The notes under the pieces are model-generated. The model saw nothing but the letters and a program-made list of their open reading frames with translations. It had not been told where the DNA came from and made no database searches. A stretch of DNA of 64,000 nt from Blasia pusilla (taxonomy: Eukaryota). This document shows, piece by piece, positions 1 to 11,803 of this stretch. Location of the stretch: the NCBI GenBank assembly GCA_050084515.1, contig CM114271.1:31062001-31126000 (forward strand). The letters run 5' to 3'. Made by a program: the position numbers and the translations under genes. The stretch's first letter is position 1. Each line of letters opens with the position of its first letter.

Positions 1-699
1 CTCCTTTGACGTCTAAGTCGAAACCATCAATGTAGGCTTCTCCTCATACAAGTGGGCCGATGAGATTAATGGTGCTGAGAGAAGTGGATGTTGAGAATCC
101 AACATCATCATCTAATATAGTAATAGGACTCCCTAAATTAGCGAGTCTTGCTACGTTAGAAGTATGTCCTACTTGCCAATTTGGAAAACAAGCTAGATTT
201 CTTTTTCCAAAGCAAGGTAGAGAAGCATCCAAGATATTGGAGTTGATCCACAGTGATGTGTGGACATATGAATCTCCAAAGATTAGAGAGTCTTTCATCA
301 TCTAATATAATAATAAGACTCCATAAATTAGCGAATCCTGCAACGTTAGAAGTATGTCCTGCTTGCCAATTTGGAAAACAAGCTAGATTTCCTTTTCCAA
401 AGCAAAGTAGAAGAGCATCCAAGATATTGGAGTTGATCCACAGTGATGTGTAGACAGCATCACAACAAAACCTTAGTGGTTGCCAGTACTTTGTTTCATT
501 TATTGATGACTTCTTTAGGTCTATATGGGTATAATTTTTGAAAGCCAAGTCAGAGGTATTCTCAGTGTCCCAAACATTCAGAGTTCTAGTAGAGAAGCAG
601 CCTAAACAACACATTCTGAAATTGCGTTGTGATGGAGGAGGAGAGTATCTTTCAAAACAGTTTGATGACTATTTACGTCAGAATGGCATCCAACGTCAG
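1..699 (+). mobile_element. Ty1/copia retrotransposon, integrase region (GAG-pre-integrase zinc motif and rve core), pseudogenised and cut by a Gypsy-like insertion
   Basis: Translations show VCPACQFGKQAR, LELIHSDVW, YFVSFIDDF, KSEVF and LRCDGGGEY...NGIQRQ, which are typical copia integrase motifs. Homology stops at 699. Confidence 0.9.
106..451 (+). repeat. Tandem duplication (period about 190 bp) inside the copia integrase
   Basis: TCTAATATA...GATCCACAGTGATGTGT occurs at about 111-261 and again at about 301-451. The ORF track shows the same peptide twice. Confidence 0.9.
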
Positions 700-2423
700 T
701 GTCTAGGTAGAGATGCGATTTCATACATAGGGTTGGGGGTTACTCAATTGAGGGTGACTTTTCCATTAGGGCCCGCTCTTAGGTTGGAGGATATAAGGTG
801 GAGTGCACTCAAAGAACAGTCAGTTCTTTGAGTTGAGCCTATTGCGTTGGGAGTTAGCCTTGGTAGTGAGTAGAGCTCTTGGCTATGGTGTTTCCCGCAA
901 GCTTTGACCAAGATTCTTCCATCGTGGAGTGGGTTTGGCTCGATTGTATGTGATTCTATACGTCTTTTATGACAGAAGGTCTTTCACGGATTTCACTCAA
1001 AGAACTGACGTAGATCGATGGTACCTTCGATTGTGGATCAGTAGGATCTGGTTAGGGCTGATTGTGTACTCACCCATGGATGTTCATGTCTTGTGGCCTA
1101 TGTTGGAGGTGTAAATCTGGTGCGTGGATGTTGGAAACAAAGCGCCTTGCTGAGAGCTTTCCAACGCGCTTTAGATCGCGGGATTTCGTCAAGGGAGTTG
1201 GAAGTTATCAAGGTTTGAAGATTCTGGTTTGTGTTTGACGGTTTTCTGATGTGGAGAGCTTGGAGTGCGGAAGCTCTGTTGAAGTTCATCCAAATTGGGT
1301 GAGAGGTTCTTGTTGCTACTTGTATTGTGATCTCATGTGAAGCTATCTGCTCGAGTGTGTGGAGCGTTGCGGATTTCTGCGTGCATGAAATCAGACGGAT
1401 ATTTGTCGGATTTTGCGATTCTGGAGGTGTATGGACAGCAAGTTTGTCTGATTTTTAGCTCAGAGTACAGAGCTCGGTTGTAGCTGATTTTTTGTGGAGA
1501 GATAGCTATGGTGGTCAATTGAATTCTGGTTGAAACAGATTCAATTTGGGTCACGGATTTGTGAAGAAATTGCTGATCGAAATTTCGCGGACTAGCTCAA
1601 GGTCTTGCTATGGTGGACAGCGGATCGGAGGGGCTAGTTGGTTGGTGACTCGTTCATTGTTGGAGACAACTTCTTCGAGGCAACTCGTGGTAGCTCGGGG
1701 CGAGTGGGCGTGAGAGGCGGAGTAAGGAGCAAGAAGCAAGCAAGCGAGCTTGCTTGCTTGCTTGGGCGTGAGGCAGTTTTTGCAGGATTTGTGATTTGAG
1801 TGTTGCATAACTGGTCACCCATCTTTGGGCTATTCCGCCTGGAAGACGCTTAAGTGCTGAGTTCTTAACTATGCCAGTGTACACATTAGTGTAGCTCATT
1901 TGGTGCTGTTCGGAGATGTGTTAGGCACTTTATGCATCTCAGGTTTTTGGTTGATGTACCTCTAGCGCATAGTATGGTGTAGCCTCTCCATGCAGGTGAT
2001 ATTTTCAGGTGATGCGAGTCCGACTAGCACGTCATCGACCCGCGGCAGAGTAGCTATTGCGTTAGAATTGTGTGGTGGGTTCTGTGGATTTAGGGGGCGC
2101 CACGTTTGGTGGATTGTGTTGCCTTGATTTCCATTTGCGATTGGAGGGTTGTCGTTGGACTTCCTGTGTTTGGATCCCCTCCATCGTTGCTTCTTGCTTG
2201 CGCGCCCATTGTTAGGGTTGACGCTGGTTTCCAGAGTTGTGTTACTCCTGTGTGCTACCGGTAGTGAGGCTGGAGTGATGACCAATAGACCGTGGGAGGC
2301 TTCTTGTGGTGATGACAGGTTAGGTTGCCTACACTCATAGCTAGTAGAGCTAGAATAGTATAGCGACATCGACGTCACTTGGTTACTTAGTGGTGATAAT
2401 TTGGTGGTGGTGCGGCATCGGCG

Positions 2424-3850
2424 TTGGTCATCACGGAGCTTTTCGGTGGTCTGGTTGGGGACCGTGGTGCGGACAGTGGTGGTTTCACACGGAGTGGATT
2501 TAGGTATTGGCTACCTTTTCCACTTCCGACGGTTGATGAAGAGGAGGACGAGGGTGTTCCAAACACCGAGTCTTCTTCGTTGTTATCGAGTGTTGCAGCT
2601 CCATTGATTTGGGACATGGACGGGATATATGGGGCCATGAAGGGCCCACGACGATACTCGGGTGCAGTGGGCACCATTGAGTTGTAGGACTTCATGCACG
2701 AGTTTGATACGTGGTGTGATATGCAGATGTTGCGGAACGCCACATTGTTTACACCCTGCTTGGCTTGGAAGGGGTTGTTTCAGCACTTGGAGGGACCACC
2801 CACGGATGATAACCATGAGTTTAGGAAGGACCATGTTGCTGAGATTGAGGCGTGGAGACAATATTGGTCTCTAGGCTATGTGTCTATCACCCATGGTGGT
2901 ATTGGTAGTAGTGCTCCTACTATGCCAGCCAGCCCGACGTTGAGTGGTACGAGTACGAGTCGGAGTGGGGGTACCAATGGAGGTACCCATGGAGGTACTA
3001 GTGGGGGTACTAGTGGAGGTACTAGTGCCCCACCATCGTTTAGCCCGGTTGCAGAGTTCAAGAGGTTGAAGAAGAACTATCAAGGAGTGAAGACAGAGAA
3101 GTTGAGGAGTCTTCAAGAATTTGAGCGAAAGACTGGTGAGAGTCTTCGTGAGGCATACACTCGTATCGACGCTTGATTTCAGATTACCCAGGGTGTGGCG
3201 AGGCTCGTGAAGTCCAGTTTTGGTATGGGATCTTTTGAGAGAGTTGCGGCCAAGCGAGAGTGCGTGATGCTACTTTTATGAGTGATGATTCACCCACATT
3301 AACCCATGTGTTTGCTCTATCGAGAAGATTGAGCTTAACATGGTGAAGGAGAGAGTGGTGACATCCGCATTCAAGGGGATACAACTACTACTTCTCGTGT
3401 GCGGTGACCCACCTCACGATCTCGTAGTAGTAGTGGTGGTGGTAGTAGTAGTGGGAGTCGTGGGGGTACACACGACCTCGTCAGTCCTAGAGGGACACTT
3501 GAGAGACCATTGCCTTCATTTTTGCCCTTGCGGCAGGGCGATCATGTTGGACATGTGGAGGTGATCATGTTAGGAAGTTTTGTCCCCAAGAGGATGGGAG
3601 ACGGACTTTGGAGGATGGGCCTCAGTCGGCCCCAACTCAGTGTGATCATTGCGGGAGACCAGGTCATCCTCGAGAGCGTTGCTTTGATCTTCATCAAGAG
3701 TTGAGATCAGGCCGCGGCCGTGGTGGAGTAGCTCCGAGAGGCCGAGGTGGTAGAGGTGGTAGAGGTGGACCAATGGTTGGAGAGCCTACGGTGGCTACCC
3801 CTACCACTCTGACAGCAGTCGACTATGGTGCCGAGATTGAGCGATTGGAG
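2424..3850 (+). pseudogene. Gag-like region with two zinc knuckles and an RGG-rich tract
   Basis: LQEFERKTGESLREAYTR (retrotransposon gag-like), CDHCGRPGHPRERC (CX2CX4HX4C), an upstream CWTCGGDH knuckle and RGRGGRGGRGG. Frameshifted. Confidence 0.8.
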
Positions 3851-3855
3851 CGAAG

Positions 3856-5010
3856 TTGGCTACTATCGCTGGTATCCAGCATAGATCAAGTTCGGGAGCA
3901 GGGGCTTCCATCTCTTATGGAGGGGATGATCTCTCTTATATGGCGAGTGCAGCACATGTTGAGGCATCAGCTGCAGTTACGAGAGGAGCCACTCAAGCGT
4001 CAGAGCCATGTGGTGCTACTGTGGAGTTGGACCCACAGAGGGGTGAGGCTGGGAGGCAGGCTAGGCTTCCCCAGTCATTCTTGTTGTCTGAGGTGCTTAG
4101 GACTCCATCCATGGTTCCTATGCAGCTTATTGAGCCGACAGTGGGGAGTGAGGCATCTACATCGCGTGTAGTAGACACGGATGCAACATCTAGTGCAGTA
4201 TTGCGGATGGCAACTTCAGTGTTGGGATCTCCATTGTTTTCGGCCACGGAGCTGATGGCTTTAGGAGTTGACTTAGCTCCTGTATTTCAGCTAGCAGCCA
4301 CGTTGTGTGAACGTGGGGATGTTAATGCTACACGTGCTGAGGTGGATGAGGGTGTTGCGGTGGAGCGATCCTCTATGTCAGGTGTAGCATTGCGTACCGG
4401 TGCTACTTGGCAGACAGCAGCGGTAAAGATGGATGCATTAACAGCCCGGCCAGCCATTGATCGTGAGAGGCTTATACCTGGTGTATGTATGTTGGACAAC
4501 CGGAGTGGGATATTCCGATTGGTGAGTCCTACAGGACAGGTGTATAGACCAAATAGAGTCTTGTTAGACTCTGGTGGCCAACCTTTGATGTTGGGAAAGG
4601 CGGCATGTATTGGTTTGGGTATTCGGAGGTCAGAGCTTGAGCCTTGCCCATTCCAGATTCAAACATCACTTGGAGGAGCCAATGATAGGTCTCAATTCAT
4701 GACACGAGAGAAGTTTTCTGTAAAGTTGAGACCAGATCATGCGACTGATAGCTCTCGATTGGGAGTATCTACGGTAGTCACATTAGCTAAGTCGTATGAT
4801 GTACTAGTTGGAGGAGCAGTATTATACCCAATGGGTTTTCAGATGGATTATTGGACTAAGACAGCGTCTTATAGACCTGGTTGGCAGTCCGGGGATGGAC
4901 GTATGAGCCAAGTTCCTGTGAGATTTATTTATGGGGCTCGACCAAGAAGGTCTTCCCCAACAGTGTTAGCATCTGTGGCTGGTTTTAGTGGAGTAGTCAC
5001 TTGGCCATGA
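3856..5010 (+). pseudogene. Aspartic protease region of Gypsy-like polyprotein
   Basis: VLLDSGGQPLM (D-S-G) and YDVLVGGAVL (protease C-terminal motif). Confidence 0.75.
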
Positions 5011-5289
5011 GACTTTTTGGAGGGTAATGTTTCTGCTATGGATTCTCCTATGCATGAGGAGGTAGAGGAGGTCCCTACTTTTGCAGCAGTGGCATCCTTA
5101 TCGTTGGATGTGCCACTTTGGAGTTCAGGCGGTGCACTACGGCAGGAGGCTGATCGCCTAGTGCAGGAAGCTTGGTGTGAAGCTGTTATACCTCACGAGG
5201 AAGAGGAGGCCCCACGGCGGACTCCTACTTCTGGTCCAGTTGGGTTATCCCTATTGGATACTACACCCGGAGGTATGGCAGTATCCGTT

Positions 5290-6250
5290 GGAGGGCATTT
5301 GTGTGTTAGATCTCTTTGGTGGGATTAGCACTGGTTTGGCTGCAGTGTTACAGGCCTGTATTCCTGTGCGGAGATGCGTGTATGTGGAGCGAGATGAGAC
5401 GGCCCAAAGAGTCTCATCCCGACATATTGGTCAGTTGATGCGGAGATATCCTGAGTTGTTGCCGCCATCAGCTATTCGTGGGTAACAGCATGCTTTGCCG
5501 TCACACATTGCATTGTTGGGGGCGCAGGACCTTGAGAGGGTTGGTCCTGTAGATTTGGTGCTTGCTGGATGGCCATGTTAGGGTCATACACGTGCTGGTC
5601 GTGGTGAGGGATTACACGACCCTAGGTCTCGATTGTTTTGGGAGATGTTACGGGTGTTACGACATCTTCAGGTTCATCAGGCACGTGCTCTAGCTTATAT
5701 TCTGGAGAATGTTCCATTGTTGGGTGACACTCGGACCCGGATGATGGCGAGTGTTCATGAGGTGCGGTCTTGGATTGGACCAGCGGTGTTGTTGGATGCA
5801 GCGCGAGTTGGCTTGCGTGCACATCATCCACCCTTTTGGTGGACAAACTTGTTGCCTAGGGAGGTTCTACATCGAGCATATGATGCAGTGCAACGGGATC
5901 CTTGCCTTACAATGGATAGTATCTTGGATACTGGGCGACTTTCTCAGGTGGTGAGGGTTATTGATAGGTCACCCATGGCAGTGGTGAACCGTGTGGGCCA
6001 GCCTAGGATGGCACTACCCATATTTGTGAGTTTTCCCTCGTCACATGCCTACAGGGAAGGTGGTCCCGGGCTTGTATGGGATTCTCATGTGCGACAGTTG
6101 GTGGAGCCTAACGCTGATGAGAGAGAGCGTGCGATGGGATTTGCTACTGGTGTGACAGTGGTTGCTTCCATTTCTGAGGCTTCACGACGTCATGTGTTGG
6201 GTCAAGCCATGGAACTGAATTGTTTGACTTGGATTTTTAGTCTTGGTATG
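5290..6250 (+). pseudogene. DNMT3-like C5 cytosine methyltransferase domain inside the polyprotein (copy 1)
   Basis: Motif I VLDLFGGISTG, II YVERD, IV AGWPC*GH, VI ILENVP, VIII RAHHPPFWWTNL, IX ERERAMGF, X VLGQAMEL, in canonical order. Confidence 0.9.
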
Positions 6251-6619
6251 GCCGAGCAGCGTCAACTTCGGATTATGTCTGTGGGTCTTCCACCCCTTGT
6301 AATGAGCTCGATGGCTACCGGGACGGAAGAGGCATCGGCTGGGGGCGAGGAGAGTAGTATTTTGCATCCTTGGAGTAAATGGGATGTAATGGCTGGGCAT
6401 GTGGAGTTGGTTGCTCATGCTGGTGGAGGAGTTATTTGCTCAGATGATGGTGTAGCTAAGGGTATACCATCTTGTGAGGGGGTCGCGTAGCAGCCAATGG
6501 CATCGTCCTCTCCCTCTAGTGTGCCAGTGGAGGAGACTTGGGAGCCATTACTTGGGCCCAAGCTTACGGGAGGTGAGAAACGACGCTTGATGATGTTCCT
6601 ACGTGCTTATAGGAGTTGT

Positions 6620-7960
6620 TTTTCCTTTAGCATGAAGGAGTTGGGTGCTCTGGTTGGACCCAGTATACGGATTGATTTGGCTAGTGATATGCCAATCTTC
6701 CGTCGTCCCTACCGATATAGTGATATGGAGAGGGACCTGATTCAGAGTAGGACGTTGGACCTTTTGGAGGCTGGATTAGTGGAGTTGTCGCATGGAGAGT
6801 ATGCATCAGCCACTGTCATGCCTGCTAAAAGGATATGCATGGCAACCACACGGATAGGCGGATATGTGGAGATTACCGTCCTATCAATCAGCAAACCAAG
6901 GCTGATAGGTATGCCATGCCTACACCTGAGGAGATCTTTGATGTGGTGGGATAGGCAAAGATTTTCAGTTTTGGATCTTGGCGAGGATACCATCAATTGC
7001 CGATTCAGAGAGTGACAAGGCCAAGACAAAGCATTTTGGGGTGTCAACTCTCATGGCAAGGATTGTTTGTACCGGTGGAAATTCTTACCCTTTGGGTTGA
7101 AGAATGCACTGCCGAGTTTCAGTGAGTGATGGGACAGGATCCTAGCGAGGGTTGGATTTTGTTCGGTGTTACATTGATGATATCTTGGTGTTCAGTAACA
7201 CGGTGGAAGAGCATCAGATACATTTGCAGATGGTGTTTGAGCGGTTGAAAGCTCATGGTCTATGTTTGCATTGAGGAAAGTGTAAGTTCTTCCATGAGGA
7301 TGTTGAGTACTTGGGTCATGTGATCTATCTAGGTGGTTTGGGAGTTTAGCAAGCAAAGGTGGAGGCTATTGCACTTATTCCGCGTCCAGTAGATGTGAGT
7401 AGAGTTCGGGCATTCATGGGATTGGCGAACTACTATCGGAGGTATGTGAAGGGATTCAGTGCTATGGCAAAGCCTTTGAACCAATTGCTGAAATCAGATC
7501 AAGAGTGGCACTGGGGAGATGATCAGGAGAGAGCATTTGTGGAGCTTAAGGCCCAGTTGGTGGCGGCGCCTATCTTGAGGAGACCTATCAGAGGGCGCCC
7601 ATTTCAGTTACACACTGATTGGAGTAGGTTGGGACTTGGAGCGGTGTTGACACAACATGATGATGAGCACATGGAGTTTTTGGTGGCCTATGCAAGTCGT
7701 TCGAATAATGCAGAGGAGTCGCGCTATAGTTCATATGAGGGAGAGTGCTTGGCAAGAGTGTGGGTTGTGGCACACTTTAGGTGTTACTTGTTTGGCACAC
7801 TGAGTTTACCCTTGTTCTTGATCACCGGCCGCTCAAGTGGTTGATGGAGTCTGACAAGCTTACAGGGAAGCTTGCACGGTGGGCTCTTATCTTACAGGAG
7901 TATGACTTCCACGTGGTACATAGACCTGTAGTTGCCAACCTTGATGCTCATGGGTTGAGT
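6620..7960 (+). pseudogene. Reverse transcriptase and RNase H (Gypsy type)
   Basis: PIFRRPYRYS, DYRPIN, LPFGLKNA, YIDDILV (about 7170), FMGLANYYRRYV, LHTDWS, YEGECLA and DHRPLKWL. Confidence 0.92.
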
Positions 7961-8369
7961 AGGAACCCATGTACTAGCCAAGAGGATACAACTGGGGCTA
8001 GATGGCATGGCGAGGTTGATGAGGAGATGGTGCCAGGTTGGCATGCATTCGCCTTTTTATGTTGGTTAGGGGTGGACTCTAGTATGGAGGACCACATCAT
8101 ATCTTACTCTAGTCAGAGGGTAGATGGCCAGCCTTCAGATCCTAAGGTTGGAGATGGTGGTACGGATCAGCGTGATATTCATGATGATGCATTGGTGTTG
8201 GAGTTCCTACGGACCAGTAGGGTGCCAGGCATAGTGAGTGCCAAGGAGCGAGACCGTATTCTTCAACGTGCTAAGAGGTATCGATTGGAGGGAACACATA
8301 TTCTCCGTGTGTGGGAGGATGGTAGAGTACGAGTAGTGCCGCATTTGGCTCAGAGAGAGCGCATTGTGC

Positions 8370-9460
8370 GACATGCCCATGAGGAGTTGGGACATTTTGG
8401 GGTAAAGCGTACGTATAGCTTACTCCTTGGTCAGTATTGGTGGCGTGGCATGCATTCTCAGGTGCAGCAGTTGGTGTGATGTTGTATGGTTTCTGACCGG
8501 GTGAGGGCATCATTCAATGCCCCTACACCACAGTTACACCCCTTGCCTATTATGGGGTTGGATTACCGTTGGAGTGTGGACTTTGCGGGACCGTTACCGT
8601 TGACTGTACGACATCATCGATATGTGTTGGTGATGGTGGAACACTTCTCCAAGTGGATTGAGTTGGTGGCATTACCGGACAAGGAAAGTGAGGGAACGGC
8701 GCGTGCGTTTCTTGATAGAGTGCTTAGTCATTTTGGTGCACCCATCAGCTGAAGTGTTGAACGACCAGGGTACAGAGTTTCAGGGTGAGTTTGAGGTCTT
8801 GTGTGACAAGGCGTTGATTGATCATCGGACTACGTCTCGAGATCATCCAGAGGCGGATGGTTTGGCTGAGCGTGTGGTTCAGACGGTGAAGAGGGCATTG
8901 CGCAAGTATGGCCTCTGAAGGGCATCTTGGAGACAGGATATTCGGTTGCCATGGTTAGCCATGGGGTATAGGTTCAGTCGCCAAGCATCCTTGGCTTCCT
9001 TCTCACCTTATTTTCTGTTATACGGCCAAGATCCAGACTTGCCAGCAGCAATTCGTCGGGAGTCTAGTGAGGTGGTGAACCTTGATGACCCAGAGATGTG
9101 GATGAGAGTGTGTTCTCAGCGGGCGAGCTCTTTCGGAGAGTTATGCCAATGACCTTTGAGAATCTTGCCATTTCTTAACACAAGGATACGTTGCGGTATG
9201 CAACCATTCGGGGTGGAGGTTATCGACCATCGATTTGTAGGTTCCATGTGGGGGACTATGTCTATTTGCAGCAGATTTCATTGACAACGTTGGATGTGAC
9301 GGCAGGCCGCACTATTTTACGAGTGCGCGAGGTGTTAGCTTCTGGAGTTCTCATGTTGGAGGGTCGTGATGGAGTTGTTTGGAAGGACCATGTGCGTAAT
9401 TGTGCGCCATGTCATCTTCCAAATGTGGATGGTACTGTTGACCCAAGCTTAGCCATGATA
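8370..9460 (+). pseudogene. DDE integrase (HHCC, rve core, C-terminal extension)
   Basis: HAHEELGHFG, WSVDFAGPLP, VEHFSKW, DQGTEF, HPEADGLAERVVQTVK and SPYFLLYG. Confidence 0.92.
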
Positions 9461-9469
9461 CATGCTAGC

Positions 9470-9612
9470 TTGAGGTGCATGTTGTGTGGGTCTGCTTGCA
9501 ACGCACCGTATGTTGGTGTGTGATGGTGTTCTAGGGGTTGGCACATTATGTGTTTGACTCACGTATGGATGTTGTTCCTAGTGGAAGGTGGGTTTGTCCT
9601 CGATGTACTTAG
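9470..9612 (+). pseudogene. PHD finger at polyprotein C-terminus
   Basis: Across frameshifts: CMLCG..MLVCDG(C)SRGWH.MCL...VPSGRWVCPRC, the C4HC3 pattern. Confidence 0.8.
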
Positions 9613-9780
9613 GAGAGGTAGATGACTTGATCTTTGCATGATATGGAGGATGTGCGACTAACGATGGGGCAACCTAGCACCCGGCCTTCGATTTGCACCC
9701 AAGAAGGTGTATAGCATGTAGTAGATGTATAGGGCTACTTGGGAGTTAGAAGGACCTAACCGCCAGTTAGGGGGGCGAGT

Positions 9781-9884
9781 TGTGGTACACTTGTGTTTGT
9801 GGATGCTCTCGTGTATATTATGTATGTATGTGAGTATGGTATGTCAACGATGTATGTTGTATGACGATGTGGATTCGCACGACA
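9781..9884 (+). repeat. 3' terminal 'B' repeat of copy 1
   Basis: TG...CA segment directly after the PPT. Its 3' part (GATGTATGTTGT...CGCACGACA) matches the B repeats at 47243-47378, 47862-47997 and 58127-58262. Confidence 0.8.
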
Positions 9885-11803
9885 AGTTACACATCCAGTT
9901 CATAAATTCATAAATGAAGGTTTCCTTGCAACACATCATGCATATATGATGACTACCCTTCAAGAGCAGGAGCCGAGTTATTTTGAAGAAGCTACAAGTA
10001 AAGCCGAATGGATTGAAGCTATGGAGGAAGAGCTTGTTGCATTAAGACATCAACAAACATAGGAGCTTGTTGATATACCTTCCGGTAAGGAAGCTATTGG
10101 TTGCAAATGGGTTTAAAAAATCAAGCGCAATCAAGATGGTACAATTAATAGATACAAAGCGAGATTGGTGGCTAAGAGCTATGCACAACAATATGGTATC
10201 GATTATGAGGAAACATTTAGCCTTGTTGCAAAGATGGCGACTACGAGAACAGTGCTTGCAGTTGCAATAAGTAAGAAGTGCAGATTACATCACATGGACG
10301 TCAAGAATGCCTTCTTGAATGGAGATCTATACGAGGAGGTATATATGACTCAACCACCTGGATACGAGCATCCCAAGTTTCCATTTCGCGTATGCACGTT
10401 GAAGAAAGCTCTATACGGGCTCAAACAAGCTCCAAGAGCTTGGTATGGCAAGATTACATACGTCCTACAAGAGTTGGGTTTTAGGGTATGTGATTCTGAC
10501 TCCTCATTATATGTCTTGAGAGGAAAAAATCATACAGTTCTCATTGTGTTGTATGTTGACGATCTCTTGATTAGTGGGAGTACTGAAGAAATGGTAAAAC
10601 AAGTCAAGCTTAAGTTACAAGCAGAATTTGATATGAAGGACTTGAGAGAACTCAAGTACTTCCTTGGTATTGAGTTTATCAAGGTTGGAGAGAGCATGTG
10701 GTTACTACAACGATAATATGATCTTCATATGCTTTCAAAATATGGTACGACGACTTGTAAGCCAATCTCTACACCGTTGGACCAAAGCGTGAAGCTAAGA
10801 GTGGATCAAGGAGAGCTGCTTGCAGATTCTAATATATACAGGTCCATGGTTGGAAGTTTGATCTATATAACTATAACCAGACCAGATTTAAGCTATGTTG
10901 TTGGCCTGGTGAGCCAGTTTATGCAAGCACCTCGAAACCTCACCTTCATGCTGCGAGGAGGATTATGCGGTATGTGAAATTCTCTATTCAATTCGGGCTT
11001 CAATTTGAACCTTCTCCAAGTTTTCAATTACAGGGATTCATAGATGCTGATTGGGCAGGAAGCGTGTCTGATCGACACTCCACATCTAGTTATTCATTTA
11101 CTTTGGGAAGCGCAACTATAAGTTGGGCTTCAAAGAAGCAACCTATAGTTGCTTTATCTTCAACAAAGGCTAAGTACATAGGAGCAACCAATGCAGCATG
11201 TGAGGCGGTGTGGTTTCATCGATTACTTGTTGAGATTGGTGTTAGTAACTTAGGACCTAGTGTAATATATGCAGACAATATTAGTAGCATCAAGCTTGCT
11301 AATAACCTTATGTTTCATGCTCGTACAAAGCATGTTGAGGTGCACTATCATTTTATAAGAGAGAAAGTGCTTGCAGGAGAAATTGATCAGCAAATTGCTG
11401 ACATCTTTACAAAGGTATTGTCTAGAGATAAGTTTGAGATGTTTAGAAAGGATTTAGGCGTTAGAGATATCGATATGAGCTTGAGGGGGAGTATTGAAGA
11501 TTGAGTTACAGTCAAGCTCATGAGACATCTGAAGTGCTATATTTGGCACTCACACGAAGTAGGGAAGCTTAATCTTCGTTAGTCAGTTAAGCACGATTAT
11601 CTTAACCAAGGTTAGTTAATCACAGTTAGGCTAACTCGAGACTATGGTTAAGGATAGGGTTGGGGTTGCTTGTACATACCCTATATAATTTAGAAGAGGA
11701 CCAGCCTCCACTCATTCTCTCATTGCAAATTTTGTTCTCCATGGTGGTGTGTGTGTGTGAGAGCCGTTTTCCACCTGTTATGCTTGTTTAGCAATTTTCC
11801 ACA
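9885..11803 (+). mobile_element. Ty1/copia retrotransposon 3' part: RT, RNase H, PPT and 3' LTR
   Basis: GIDYEETF, MDVKNAFLNG, LKKALYGLKQAPRAW, YVDDLL, DADWAG, RTKHVEVHYHF and ADIFTK. PPT GAGGGGGAG at 11483-11491. Confidence 0.92.
11492..11803 (+). repeat. Copia 3' LTR (probable)
   Basis: Follows the PPT, starts TATTG (likely decayed TGTTG), contains TATATAA near 11682 and ends CCACA where Helitron homology begins. The 5' LTR lies outside the window. Confidence 0.65.

Larger units (their letters stand above)
700..9884 (+). mobile_element. Ty3/Gypsy-like retroelement copy 1 (gag-PR-DNMT-RT-RNaseH-IN-PHD), no LTR pair, pseudogenised
   Basis: Starts TGTC at 700 and ends CGCACGACA at 9884. Domain order PR-RT-RH-IN is Gypsy-type. 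PPT-like TTAGGGGGGCGAG at about 9767-9779. Flanked on both sides by copia sequence. Confidence 0.9.

Noticed and set aside
1962-2743. Antisense ORFs in the copy 1 leader/gag region
   Set aside because: No motifs, and not recognisably conserved in copy 2.
2968-3025. 12-bp repeats encoding GGTS/GGTN
   Set aside because: Simple slippage repeat in a gag linker, not a spacer array.
9781-9884. B segment as an ordinary short 3' LTR
   Set aside because: I could find no matching copy at the 5' end of either long element, and the TSDs at 49854/58263 and 39359/40312 bracket A-start to B-end.
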